Part shown: positions 48,854 to 57,456 of the stretch, piece by piece
Layout: every line of letters starts with the position of its first letter
How positions within the stretch are numbered: the first letter of the stretch is position 1
Assembly (NCBI GenBank): GCA_022774505.1
Contig: JALFLW010000079.1
Location: 158-64,157 of the forward strand
Direction: 5' to 3'
Source: Lachnospiraceae bacterium
GTDB taxonomy: Bacteria; Bacillota; Clostridia; Lachnospirales; Lachnospiraceae
DNA: 64,000 nucleotides
Notes under the pieces: model-generated
Told to the model about the DNA's origin: nothing
What the model saw: only the letters and a program-made list of their open reading frames with translations
The model's database searches: none
Position numbers and translations under genes: made by a program

Positions 48854-49726
48854 TTACTGAGCATCAACCGGAGTCTTTGTACGGTCAGCATTGTAAACAT
48901 AGAAACCTTTTCCGCTCTTTGCACCAAGATTTCCACCACGAACCATCTTACGAAGAAGTGGGCATGCACGATACTTGCTGTCACCTGTCTCATTGTAAAG
49001 TACATCCATGATAGCAAGGCAGATATCAAGACCAATGAAATCACCTAACTCAAGAGGTCCCATTGGATGATTTGCACCAAGCTTCATAGCAGCATCGATA
49101 CCGGCGATATCAGAAACGCCTTCCATCTTAATGAATGCTGCTTCGTTGATCATAGGGATCAGGATACGGTTTACTACGAAACCGGCAGCCTCATTTACCT
49201 GTACAGGAGTCTTTCCGATCTCCTCAGAAATCTTCTTGATTGCATCCACTGTCTCAGCCGGAGTATTTACACCTGCAATAACCTCGATAAGTTTCATACG
49301 GTCAGCAGGATTGAAGAAATGCATACCAACCATAGGACGAGTCAGCCCATTTCCAATCTCAGTGATTGAAAGGCTTGATGTATTTGATGCAAAGATGCAC
49401 TCTGGCTTAGCTATCTTGTCAAGCTCTGCAAATGTTGTCTTCTTTACATTGATATCCTCAAATGCTGCCTCTACGATCAGATCACAGTCCTTGCAAAGGT
49501 CTTCCTTTAAGCCCGGTGTGATTCTTCCAAGGATAGCATCTACCGCATCCTGTGTCAGCTTGCCTTTCTGAACAAGTCTGTCATAACCCTTAGCAATCTT
49601 TTCTTTTCCGCCTTCAGCCCACTCCTGCTTGATATCGCAGAGAGCTACTTCATAGCCTTCATTCTGAGCAAATGCCTTAGCAATGCCCTGTCCCATAGTA
49701 CCAGCACCAATAACGCCTACTTTCAT
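48854..49726 (-). CDS. hbd: 3-hydroxybutyryl-CoA dehydrogenase
   Basis: Rossmann motif VGVIGAGTMGQGIA, then HFFNPA and the NRILIPMINEA motif of the 3-hydroxyacyl-CoA dehydrogenase family. Confidence 0.9.
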   Translation of the reverse strand: MKVGVIGAGTMGQGIAKAFAQNEGYEVALCDIKQEWAEGGKEKIAKGYDRLVQKGKLTQDAVDAILGRITPGLKEDLCKDCDLIVEAAFEDINVKKTTFAELDKIAKPECIFASNTSSLSITEIGNGLTRPMVGMHFFNPADRMKLIEVIAGVNTPAETVDAIKKISEEIGKTPVQVNEAAGFVVNRILIPMINEAAFIKMEGVSDIAGIDAAMKLGANHPMGPLELGDFIGLDICLAIMDVLYNETGDSKYRACPLLRKMVRGGNLGAKSGKGFYVYNADRTKTPVDAQ

Positions 49727-49810
49727 TGTCTATAACCTCCATTTTTTTATTTGGGGAAGCGGTCTGTTACGACCGTCTCCTCCCTTGTATGATAATCCTT
49801 TCGGATTAAA

Positions 49811-50599
49811 CTAGCAGTTTTTGAAAGGTACAACCTTAACCTTCTGATCTTTCGGAGCCAGGAAATTTCCCATTCCTGCTTTCTGATCCTCTGTCTCGAA
49901 GCAGTCACCGAAAAGCTTTTCCTCAATGACGATCGCCTGATCAATATCTACCTGAAGACCATCATTGATCGCCTTCTTGCAGTTACGGACAGCGATTGGA
50001 GCATTCTTTGCGATGGTTGCTGCCATTTTCTTTGCCTGCTCCATCAGCTCTTCCTGTGGATAAACTGCATTTACAAGACCAATTCTATAAGCCTCGTCTG
50101 CCTTGATATTACGAGCTGTATAGATCAGCTGCTTAGCCATACCTACACCAACTGTTCTGGCAAGTCTCTGTGTTCCACCAAAACCAGGCGTAATGCCAAG
50201 ACCAGCCTCAGGCTGTCCAAACATAGCATTCTCAGAGCAGATACGAATATCACAGCTCATGGAGATCTCACAGCCTCCACCAAGAGCAAAACCATTTACT
50301 GCAGCGATCACAGGAATCGGAAGAGTCTCAAGCTTACGGAATACATCATTTCCCTTCTTACCAAAAGCCTCTCCTTCTGCCTTTGTCAGTGTACTCATCT
50401 CTCCAATATCAGCACCTGCGACAAAAGATTTGTCTCCTGCACCTGTCAGGATCACGCATCTGATAGTATCCAGATCGATCGCATCCAATGTCTTATCCAG
50501 TTCATCAAGCACCTGGCTGTTCAGAGCATTCAGTGCCTTAGGACGATTAATCGTGATGGTTGCAACAGCACCATCTGCTTCATACAAAATGAAATCCAT
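49811..50599 (-). CDS. crt: short-chain enoyl-CoA hydratase (crotonase)
   Basis: ITINRPKALNAL, FVAGADI, AAVNGFALGGGCE and FGQPE crotonase-fold motifs. Confidence 0.9.
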   Translation of the reverse strand: MDFILYEADGAVATITINRPKALNALNSQVLDELDKTLDAIDLDTIRCVILTGAGDKSFVAGADIGEMSTLTKAEGEAFGKKGNDVFRKLETLPIPVIAAVNGFALGGGCEISMSCDIRICSENAMFGQPEAGLGITPGFGGTQRLARTVGVGMAKQLIYTARNIKADEAYRIGLVNAVYPQEELMEQAKKMAATIAKNAPIAVRNCKKAINDGLQVDIDQAIVIEEKLFGDCFETEDQKAGMGNFLAPKDQKVKVVPFKNC

Positions 50600-50620
50600 A
50601 GTAATGTATCTCCTTTTTAA

Positions 50621-51817
50621 TTATTTGTAAGCTTCAACAATTGTAGAGCAGCCCATTCCACCACCGATACAAAGAGTAGCAAGACCTCTGTTTGCTCCCT
50701 CTTTCTGCATCTCATGAAGAAGAGTAACCAGGATACGGCATCCGGAAGCTCCAACAGGATGTCCCAGAGCGATAGCACCACCGTTTTTGTTGACCTTAGA
50801 CATATCGAAGTTTAAGTCTCTTGCAACTGCTACAGACTGAGCTGCAAATGCCTCATTGGCCTCGATAAGATCAATATCATCAATTGTAAGACCTGTCTTA
50901 GCAAGTACTTTCTTTGTAGAAGCAACCGGGCCGACACCCATAATCTCCGGACGAACACCACCAAGTGCTCCTGCAATAAATGTAGCCATTGGCTTAACAC
51001 CAAGCTCTTTTGCCTTTTCCTCTGTCATAACAACAACTGCTGCTGCACCATCATTGATACCTGATGCGTTACCTGCTGTAACAACACCACCCTCTTTACC
51101 GGAGCAGCATTTCAGCTTAGAAAGTCCCTCTGCTGTTGTACCAGGACGTGGTCCCTCATCCTTAGAGAAGATGATCGGCTCTTTTGTCTTTCTGTCAACT
51201 CCTGTCTGAACAGGTACGATCTCATCATCAAACTTGCCTGCTGCAATTGCTGCTTCACACTTCTGCTGGCTGTTTGCTGCAAACTCATCAAGTTCCTCAC
51301 GGGTAAGCTTCCACTCATCAGCAACATTCTCTGCTGTGATCATCATATGATACTGATTAAATGCATCCCAGAGAGCATCATTTACCATGGTATCAACAAG
51401 CTTTCCGTTGTTCATACGATATCCATAACGACCCTGCATCATAGCATAAGGAGCCATAGACATATTCTCCATACCACCTGCTACAACGATATCAGCGTCA
51501 CCAGCTTCGATCATCTGAGCAGCCATGTTTACACAGTTCAAACCGGAACCGCATACTACGTTTACTGTAACAGCAGGTGTCTCAACAGGAAGTCCTGCCT
51601 TGATAGATGCCTGACGTGCTACGTTCTGGCCGAGACCTGCCTGAATAACACAGCCCATGTATACATGGTCAACCTGATCAGCCGGAACACCTGCTCTGTT
51701 AAGAGCCTCCTTGATTACTACAGATCCTAATACAGGAGCCGGAGTCTTACTAAGACCTCCACCCATCTTTCCGATAGCTGTACGACAAGCGCCTGCCAAA
51801 ACAATTTTCTTTGCCAT
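50621..51817 (-). CDS. thl: acetyl-CoA C-acetyltransferase (thiolase)
   Basis: Active-site Cys [24 protein letters not shown], and the C-terminal CIGGGMG. Confidence 0.9.
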   Translation of the reverse strand: MAKKIVLAGACRTAIGKMGGGLSKTPAPVLGSVVIKEALNRAGVPADQVDHVYMGCVIQAGLGQNVARQASIKAGLPVETPAVTVNVVCGSGLNCVNMAAQMIEAGDADIVVAGGMENMSMAPYAMMQGRYGYRMNNGKLVDTMVNDALWDAFNQYHMMITAENVADEWKLTREELDEFAANSQQKCEAAIAAGKFDDEIVPVQTGVDRKTKEPIIFSKDEGPRPGTTAEGLSKLKCCSGKEGGVVTAGNASGINDGAAAVVVMTEEKAKELGVKPMATFIAGALGGVRPEIMGVGPVASTKKVLAKTGLTIDDIDLIEANEAFAAQSVAVARDLNFDMSKVNKNGGAIALGHPVGASGCRILVTLLHEMQKEGANRGLATLCIGGGMGCSTIVEAYK

Positions 51818-52230
51818 AATAAAAAATCCTCCTTCTATTTTCTATGACCACTTCTCTGCCATTGCTATGCAGATCGCGAAAAATATCGAAAAATGTATGT
51901 ACTATTTTTATCGTTATTTATCGCAGCAGTGACCTAACTACCCTCAATCATATATCAAACTCACGAAAATGGCAAGCCTTTTTCCCATATCTCCGTGCAA
52001 ACCTCACAATCAAACGTCTTGTCCTGTTTTTATCTGTCATTGCAAGTTTTTAACATTTGCGTACAAGACATAAAAGTGTTATTCTATATTTATATGTGTG
52101 AATGTACAAAACAAATGAAAAGTTTTCTCAGGAACAAGATATTTTGTACAGCCGTTTTCTCTCAATGAAAACGGTATACCAAAAGAATGACATGTGATGA
52201 TCCTTATATCATCACGGAATGGAGGAAATC

Positions 52231-53574
52231 ATGGATTACAGAGAAATGTATTCTAAGAAACTCGTAAGTGCTGACGAAGCTGTAAGCGAGATCAAATCCG
52301 GCGATTGGGTTGATTACGGCTGGGCAGCGACAACCGTTATCGATCTGGATAAAGCACTTGCAAAACGTATGCCTGAACTGACAAATGTCAATATCCGGGG
52401 CGGTATATTAATGAAAGAGCCCGAAATCTTTAAAATTGACGATCCTGCAGCTCACTTTGCCTGGAACTCCTGGCATATGGGTGGAATCGAACGTAAAGCG
52501 ATTGCAAAAGGGTTCAGTTTCTATGCTCCTATCCGCTATTCTGAGCTTCCAAGATATTACCGTGAATCTCAGACCCCACCGGATGTAGCAATGCTTCAGG
52601 TCGCCCCGATGGACGAACATGGCTATTTCAATCTCGGTCCAAGTCCTTCCCACGCAATGGCATGTATCCGTGCAGCCAAAAAGGTTATCGTGGAAGTCAA
52701 TCAGAAGATGCCTGTATGTCTCGGCGGTTTTGATAATTGTGTCAGCATCAATGATGTCGATCTCGTTGTCGAAGGATCAAATACGGATCTTTATGAACTC
52801 GGCGGCGGTGGCGCTGCTACAGACATCGACCATGCCGTAGCAAGATACATTGTAAACGAAATCCCTGATGGAGCCTGCCTGCAGCTCGGTATCGGTGGTA
52901 TGCCAAATGCAGTCGGATCCCTTATCGCTGAATCAGATCTTAAGGATCTCGGTGTTCATACAGAAATGTATGTCGACGCTTTTGTTGATATTGCGAAGGC
53001 CGGTAAGATCACCGGAATGAGAAAGAATATCGATAAAGGCCGTCAGGTATATGGATTTGCCGCAGGAACAAAAAAGCTGTACGATTATCTTAATAATAAT
53101 CCTGCCTGCATGGCCGCTCCGGTTGAGTATACCAATGATATCCGTTCCATCTCTGCTTTAGATAATTTTATGTCTATTAATAATGCCGTCGATATCGACC
53201 TCTTCGGTCAGGTAAATGCCGAATCAGCCGGAGTTAAGCATATAAGCGGTGCCGGCGGACAGCTGGACTTTGTTCTCGGTGCCTATCTTTCAAACGGCGG
53301 CAAAAGCTTTATCTGTATGTCTTCCACCTTTAAAACAAAGGATGGCACTGTTACATCTCGTATCAAGCCGACGCTCAGCAACGGTTCTATCGTTACTGAT
53401 ACAAGAGCGAATATCCATTACTTTGTTACAGAATATGGTATCGTAAATCTTAAGGGACTGTCCACCTGGCAGAAAGCAGAAGCATTGATTTCCGTTGCTC
53501 ACCCTGATTTCCGGGATGAACTGATCGCAGAGGCTGATAAGCTTCATATCTGGCGAAACAGTAATAAGCGATAA
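52231..53574 (+). CDS. but: butyryl-CoA:acetate CoA-transferase (4-hydroxybutyrate CoA-transferase/AcetylCoA hydrolase family)
   Basis: About 447 aa. N-terminus [31 protein letters not shown] and the central GGQLDF motif resemble the Roseburia But enzyme family from memory. It is divergent from the thl operon. The start was set to the ATG 5 nt after a ggagg SD. Confidence 0.75.
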   Translation: MDYREMYSKKLVSADEAVSEIKSGDWVDYGWAATTVIDLDKALAKRMPELTNVNIRGGILMKEPEIFKIDDPAAHFAWNSWHMGGIERKAIAKGFSFYAPIRYSELPRYYRESQTPPDVAMLQVAPMDEHGYFNLGPSPSHAMACIRAAKKVIVEVNQKMPVCLGGFDNCVSINDVDLVVEGSNTDLYELGGGGAATDIDHAVARYIVNEIPDGACLQLGIGGMPNAVGSLIAESDLKDLGVHTEMYVDAFVDIAKAGKITGMRKNIDKGRQVYGFAAGTKKLYDYLNNNPACMAAPVEYTNDIRSISALDNFMSINNAVDIDLFGQVNAESAGVKHISGAGGQLDFVLGAYLSNGGKSFICMSSTFKTKDGTVTSRIKPTLSNGSIVTDTRANIHYFVTEYGIVNLKGLSTWQKAEALISVAHPDFRDELIAEADKLHIWRNSNKR

Positions 53575-53633
53575 TTTTTTTCCGCAGCTTGTACAGTGCC
53601 CGAAATATTATTTGAATATTTTTTATATAAATA

Positions 53634-53658
53634 TGGCGGTATCCGATAGATACCGCCA
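53634..53658. terminator. hairpin terminator between convergent but and the thioesterase gene
   Basis: Perfect 10-bp stem TGGCGGTATC / GATACCGCCA with a 5-nt loop. AT-rich runs flank both sides. Confidence 0.6.
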
Positions 53659-53666
53659 CATTTATA

Positions 53667-54056
53667 TTATTTTTCTAATTTACGATCTGTTTTTTCCTGA
53701 AATTTTTCACTCTCAATAATAAATCTCTCATGGATCCCTTTACCGATCAACCCCTTTGAATCGTAAGCTTCCACCTTAAATACGAGCTTGCGTCCCTCAA
53801 TGGCTGTCAATTCGCTGTCACATGTGATCTTCATCCCTATCGGTGAAGATGCTACATGATCAAGTTCTACATGCGTTCCAACTGTTCCACATCCTTCATT
53901 CAGATGATCCGCTACACTCATAAATGCTGTTTTTTCCATTAACGCAAGCATTGCAGGTGTCGCAAATACATCCATCACTCCACTGCCCATCGTTTTTGCT
54001 GTCAATTCATCCGTCACGGTTATTTCCTGATGACCTTTTATACCTACTTCTAACAT
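53667..54056 (-). CDS. hotdog-fold thioesterase, FlK/COG5496-like
   Basis: 129 aa. VFATPAMLALMEKTAF and GIHERFIIESEKFQEK are collinear with the fluoroacetyl-CoA thioesterase FlK sequence I recall (VFATGFMVGLMEWACV ... GTHERAVIHLEKFNAK). Confidence 0.7.
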   Translation of the reverse strand: MLEVGIKGHQEITVTDELTAKTMGSGVMDVFATPAMLALMEKTAFMSVADHLNEGCGTVGTHVELDHVASSPIGMKITCDSELTAIEGRKLVFKVEAYDSKGLIGKGIHERFIIESEKFQEKTDRKLEK

Positions 54057-54097
54057 ATTTTCCTTTATCCTTTCTGTGTCATATTTTCTATTTTCTT

Positions 54098-54724
54098 CTA
54101 AACCTGTACCACCTCAGGAAAAAGCTCCTGAAAATAAGGCAGTTCACATACCCAATTGCAAAATGTATGCCACTCCTGCAGCTTATGACCATGACGTGCA
54201 CGATACATAGCAATCGCATTTTCATAGGACATCGTACATGTTCTCATCTGATGATAGCTTTCCGGTAAAAGCTGTATCAGACTGTACCAGAGTGCCTTAT
54301 CCTTTGTATCCATATATTTCAGCCGGATCTGTTCAAGACAGTCGATCATCCGGTCCATCTGTGTAGCAGCCTCCGGCACCATATGATCCATACTGAAATC
54401 ACTTCTCTCAAATGGTTTGCTGTGGATCTTATGCATGGTACTTGTAGAATTTGCAACCGTACCAACCTTGTAAGTATCATATTCCTTCCACCAATAGATC
54501 GGTGCTGTAATATCTACAGTGATAAATATCTGGCGGATAAATTTACGATGATCATTCCCCGCCTGGCATAATCTTTTGGCCAGCTGGAGATCATTTTCCC
54601 CAAATACAAATTCTCCCTTATCATTAACATAACTGTCCCCACGTGCCCAGCTGTTTAATGGATTTCTGGCTCCACGCATAGCATTCTCCATATTCATGAC
54701 AGATGTTTTCTCAAACGTAATCAT
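54098..54724 (-). CDS. ThyX-fold (Thy1-like) protein lacking the canonical ThyX RHRxxS motif
   Basis: 208 aa, collinear by eye with T. maritima ThyX. AMRGARNPL ~ AVRAARVSF. ITAPIYWWKEY ~ VKAPIFVARQW. ARHGHKLQEW ~ RADSHAQWEI. Where ThyX has FRHRIASYNELSGRY this ORF has YDTYKVGTVANSTSTMH. Confidence 0.45.
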   Translation of the reverse strand: MITFEKTSVMNMENAMRGARNPLNSWARGDSYVNDKGEFVFGENDLQLAKRLCQAGNDHRKFIRQIFITVDITAPIYWWKEYDTYKVGTVANSTSTMHKIHSKPFERSDFSMDHMVPEAATQMDRMIDCLEQIRLKYMDTKDKALWYSLIQLLPESYHQMRTCTMSYENAIAMYRARHGHKLQEWHTFCNWVCELPYFQELFPEVVQV

Positions 54725-54741
54725 CTTTTCGTATTCCTCCT

Positions 54742-54987
54742 TTACTCATCTACCGGATCCTCGTCAAACTCTACTATAACATAATACCCTCGTTCTGTCT
54801 TCTCAACATCCTTTACAATTCCCTCCAGCGTTTTTAGCCGCTGTGGAAGCTTATAACACCCGGACATTGCCACTGCCGGATTAATAATATAGCTGTAATT
54901 CAAGGCTGTTTTCTTCTCTGTGATATTTACAGCATCACCAGGTTTTACCAGCCCCGGCCGCTCCATTTTAAAACGCATCTCTCTCAT
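54742..54987 (-). CDS. hypothetical 81-aa protein
   Basis: The ORF has an agaggga SD 4 nt upstream and an acidic C-terminus (VEFDEDPVDE). It sits 17 nt upstream of the ThyX-like gene. No family recognised. Confidence 0.45.
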   Translation of the reverse strand: MREMRFKMERPGLVKPGDAVNITEKKTALNYSYIINPAVAMSGCYKLPQRLKTLEGIVKDVEKTERGYYVIVEFDEDPVDE

Positions 54988-55066
54988 ATGATCCCTCTTT
55001 TCTCAGCCAGCAATCACATTTTCACGAAAATCCTGTGCTGTCTTTATGCTGTCTTTATGCTGTATT

Positions 55067-55714
55067 TCAGCATAAACCTCCACCCATGCACAGATTACAA
55101 AACATATCTCCAATACACAAATACATACAGAGATCCGAACTACATCCATAGGATGGTTCGTAATTTCTCTGCATCCCCTGATACCAGTTCCCTCCCCGTT
55201 CAAGCACTCGGACAAGCTGCTGGTACTGCTGATTATAAGGCTCCTGCATCACTGCCTGTCTCGCATATTCCAAAGCCATCAGATTATTTCCAAGCCCCAT
55301 ATTGGCTACCGCACTCAGATAGTACCACTGACCTGTCCTGTCCTGCATCTGATTCAATACATTAATGGCATCATTGTAATAATGATTCTGTATATAGATA
55401 GCGGCAGATTTTAAATGCATAACATATTCCTCACTCTGCCCTTCTCCGTAAGATCCACCGTCAAACCCCCGAAAACCACCATAACCATTTGCTCCTGTAC
55501 TGCCACTGTTATAATAGCTTCCATTCTCTCTCTCGTTCATGATCTGCTGGTATGCCTGCTGAACTTGTTTAAACTTTTCTTCTGCCTCCTCTTTATGAGG
55601 ATTATTAATATTAGCATCCGGATGATACTTTCTACTCAGGGTACGATATGCTTTTTTTATTTCGCTTTCAGAAGCCCCTCTGGGCACTCCTAATACCTGA
55701 TATGGATCTGTCAT
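55067..55714 (-). CDS. J-domain protein with Gly/Tyr-rich linker, TPR-like segment and Cys-rich C-terminal tail
   Basis: Canonical J domain DPYQVLGVPRGASESEIKKAYRTLSRKYHPD. Helical repeat region (AAIYIQNHYYNDAINVLNQ ... ALEYARQAV). Tail CSSDLCMYLCIGDMFCNLCMGGGLC has 6 Cys. Confidence 0.85.
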   Translation of the reverse strand: MTDPYQVLGVPRGASESEIKKAYRTLSRKYHPDANINNPHKEEAEEKFKQVQQAYQQIMNERENGSYYNSGSTGANGYGGFRGFDGGSYGEGQSEEYVMHLKSAAIYIQNHYYNDAINVLNQMQDRTGQWYYLSAVANMGLGNNLMALEYARQAVMQEPYNQQYQQLVRVLERGGNWYQGMQRNYEPSYGCSSDLCMYLCIGDMFCNLCMGGGLC

Positions 55715-56586
55715 CCTTCTTCCGCTCCATTCTTTATTTTTCTCCGGTCGTTCTCTCTTTTGTTAAATTTCGTCCACACTCCCGAATACAAAATATTCCT
55801 TAGGATCTCCACATTGTCAACAATGGGAAGTCGTTCAAAATACCGGCATGCTCTCGATATCATCTCTGTAAGAATAGATTTTACATATTGCTCTGCCTTT
55901 TTTGATCGTACATCTGTGGAATCATAACTGTCTTTTAGAAAAAGCAGGAGCAGATTATAATTTCCATCTCTTTGATCCTGCTCCAGATCATCCCATGCAT
56001 CCAGAAGATAAATAAATTTTCCCAGATAAAATCCCATATTCCAAAGATCATGATACCATATATCATCTTCCTTCGCAAAAATATCTCCGCATAGTTTTCC
56101 AAAAACTCCGGATACTTCATCGAGATTTTTTTCGAGATTTTTCTCCATATTTCCTAATTTTTCCAGACAGCTTTTTATACTTTCAGCCTGCTTAGGATAC
56201 TCTTTTTTTATATTTTTTTCTGCCCTGTGAAGCAGCATTCCATACCCACCGTGCAATATATTGTGATCATCCTGCCAGTCATCCAGACATTTATAATACG
56301 TTAATATAATATTCATGGCTGCCGCATAATGCAAATAAGCAGAATCATATCTTTTATGCTTCCGCCATGGATGAACTATACATCTTCCCCTCGAAGAGTT
56401 GATTGGTGAATCATACAGAGAAGATAATAACAATGCCAGAAAGGTCATATCATAATTTAAGGATAATCTGCCCATCGTACCATATTCTTTATTCAGACAA
56501 CAGCATAATCCGCAATACCAACCACGATACTCCGATAATTCCCTGACCTTTAACTCTCCCTGATTCGGAATGACATAACCAAACAT
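55711..56586 (-). CDS. Cys-rich protein, DUF5685-like (from memory)
   Basis: N-terminus MFGYVIPNQGELKVRELSEYRGWYCGLCCCLNKEYG. Two Asp-rich motifs, CLDDWQDD and LLDAWDDLEQDQRDGNYN. The stop overlaps the J-protein start (ATGA, 55711-55714). Confidence 0.55.
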   Translation of the reverse strand: MFGYVIPNQGELKVRELSEYRGWYCGLCCCLNKEYGTMGRLSLNYDMTFLALLLSSLYDSPINSSRGRCIVHPWRKHKRYDSAYLHYAAAMNIILTYYKCLDDWQDDHNILHGGYGMLLHRAEKNIKKEYPKQAESIKSCLEKLGNMEKNLEKNLDEVSGVFGKLCGDIFAKEDDIWYHDLWNMGFYLGKFIYLLDAWDDLEQDQRDGNYNLLLLFLKDSYDSTDVRSKKAEQYVKSILTEMISRACRYFERLPIVDNVEILRNILYSGVWTKFNKRENDRRKIKNGAEEG

Positions 56587-56597
56587 GAAATCTTTCC

Positions 56598-57005
56598 TTA
56601 GCTTTTTTTAATAAATTCTGTCCTGCACATCGGACAGGTGATCGCTATCTTTCCTTTTCCTTTTGGCACACGTATACTCTGTCCGCAATTAGGACACCGG
56701 AATATCTTGTGTGTCTTTCTCTGCATCCGGTGATCTTTCTCCCTGCTAAAAAAATATTTCACCTGATTGTGATATTTCAAATACCACTCATTCTCTCTAT
56801 ATCTCTGATAATGATTTCTGGAAAATGTTCTATAATATGAAAATATAAGTATAAGTACTACCAATATGCTCACGATCAGCCGAAAAACGTCATGACGGAC
56901 AAACAATTGAATAACCATTAAAAAAAAGGCTAAAAATACCAAAAAATGTGAAAAATGATCAACTCCATAACGCCCCTGCATAAATCGACGAAACCAATCC
57001 TTCAT
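56598..57005 (-). CDS. small membrane protein with C-terminal zinc ribbon
   Basis: 135 aa. Two hydrophobic helices, then CPNCGQSIRVPKGKGKIAITCPMCRTEF (CPxC...CPxC). A ggaggtg SD lies 4 nt upstream of the ATG. The next gene starts 11 nt downstream. Confidence 0.6.
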   Translation of the reverse strand: MKDWFRRFMQGRYGVDHFSHFLVFLAFFLMVIQLFVRHDVFRLIVSILVVLILIFSYYRTFSRNHYQRYRENEWYLKYHNQVKYFFSREKDHRMQRKTHKIFRCPNCGQSIRVPKGKGKIAITCPMCRTEFIKKS

Positions 57006-57082
57006 ATGACACCTCCATATAAAATCCTTATTTTGTTTTTATATAAATTACCGTGTCGTGTCCCAGCAATTCTTCTTATTTA

Positions 57083-57110
57083 ATCATACTAGGAAACCGA
57101 TAAATTGCAA
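57083..57110 (-). promoter_or_regulatory. candidate sigma-A promoter for the zinc-ribbon/DUF5685/J-protein block
   Basis: The minus strand reads TTGCAA (57110-57105), a 16-nt spacer, then TATGAT (57088-57083). It lies ~78 nt upstream of the ATG at 57005. Confidence 0.35.
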
Positions 57111-57172
57111 TGAATTAAAAAAAAAAAAATTCTAAAACTTCTATAAACAGTATCAAATACTTTCTATTATTT

Positions 57173-57208
57173 AAAAGGATGGCGATCCGGAAATCTCCAT
57201 CCTTTTTT
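57173..57208. terminator. hairpin terminator downstream of the tRNA-Gly pair (bidirectional shape)
   Basis: AAAAGGATGG ... CCATCCTTTTTT. On the minus strand the stem is followed by UUUUAAAU. Confidence 0.55.
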
Positions 57209-57330
57209 AGTGTATAGGAAAATGCTCGTAATGTAGAGGGAATCCAACGAGAATTGCGGAGCAATTCTTGGAGGGAAAAACGCTGGTTTTTTCCTTTTTT
57301 ATACTACATATTTTTCTTTGCAATAAAAAA

Positions 57331-57402
57331 AGCACGAGACGGGATTCGAACCCGCGACCCTCGCCTTGGCAAGGCGATACTCCACCACTGAGCCACTCGT
57401 GC
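57331..57402 (-). tRNA. tRNA-Gly (anticodon GCC), copy 1
   Basis: The minus strand reads GCACGAG-TG-GCTC-AGTGGTG-GAGT-A-TCGCC-TTGCCAA-GGCGA-GGGTC-GCGGG-TTCGAAT-CCCGT-CTCGTGC-T. This folds as a full cloverleaf of 72 nt with GCC in the anticodon loop. No CCA is encoded. Confidence 0.9.
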
Positions 57403-57456
57403 ATTTCTCAATCAAAAACGATTGAATAACTATATAATCTTTGCTGTGTAACAGCA

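Noticed and set aside
51818-52230. Rex (redox) operator upstream of the thl or but genes.
   Set aside because: Only a left half-site-like TGTGAA at about 52097-52102 is present. The expected inverted TTCACAA partner at the correct spacing is absent.
55037-55069. 11-bp tandem repeat gctgtctttat x ~3, plus the small hairpin ATGCTG-tattt-CAGCAT at the J-protein stop codon.
   Set aside because: It is too short and degenerate to call a functional element. It may contribute to a weak intra-operon hairpin, but there is no supporting evidence.
57118-57130. Poly(A) run of 13 nt in the spacer between the tRNA terminator and the next promoter.
   Set aside because: It is consistent with an AT-rich UP-element or spacer in an AT-rich genome. 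There is no associated repeat or ORF.
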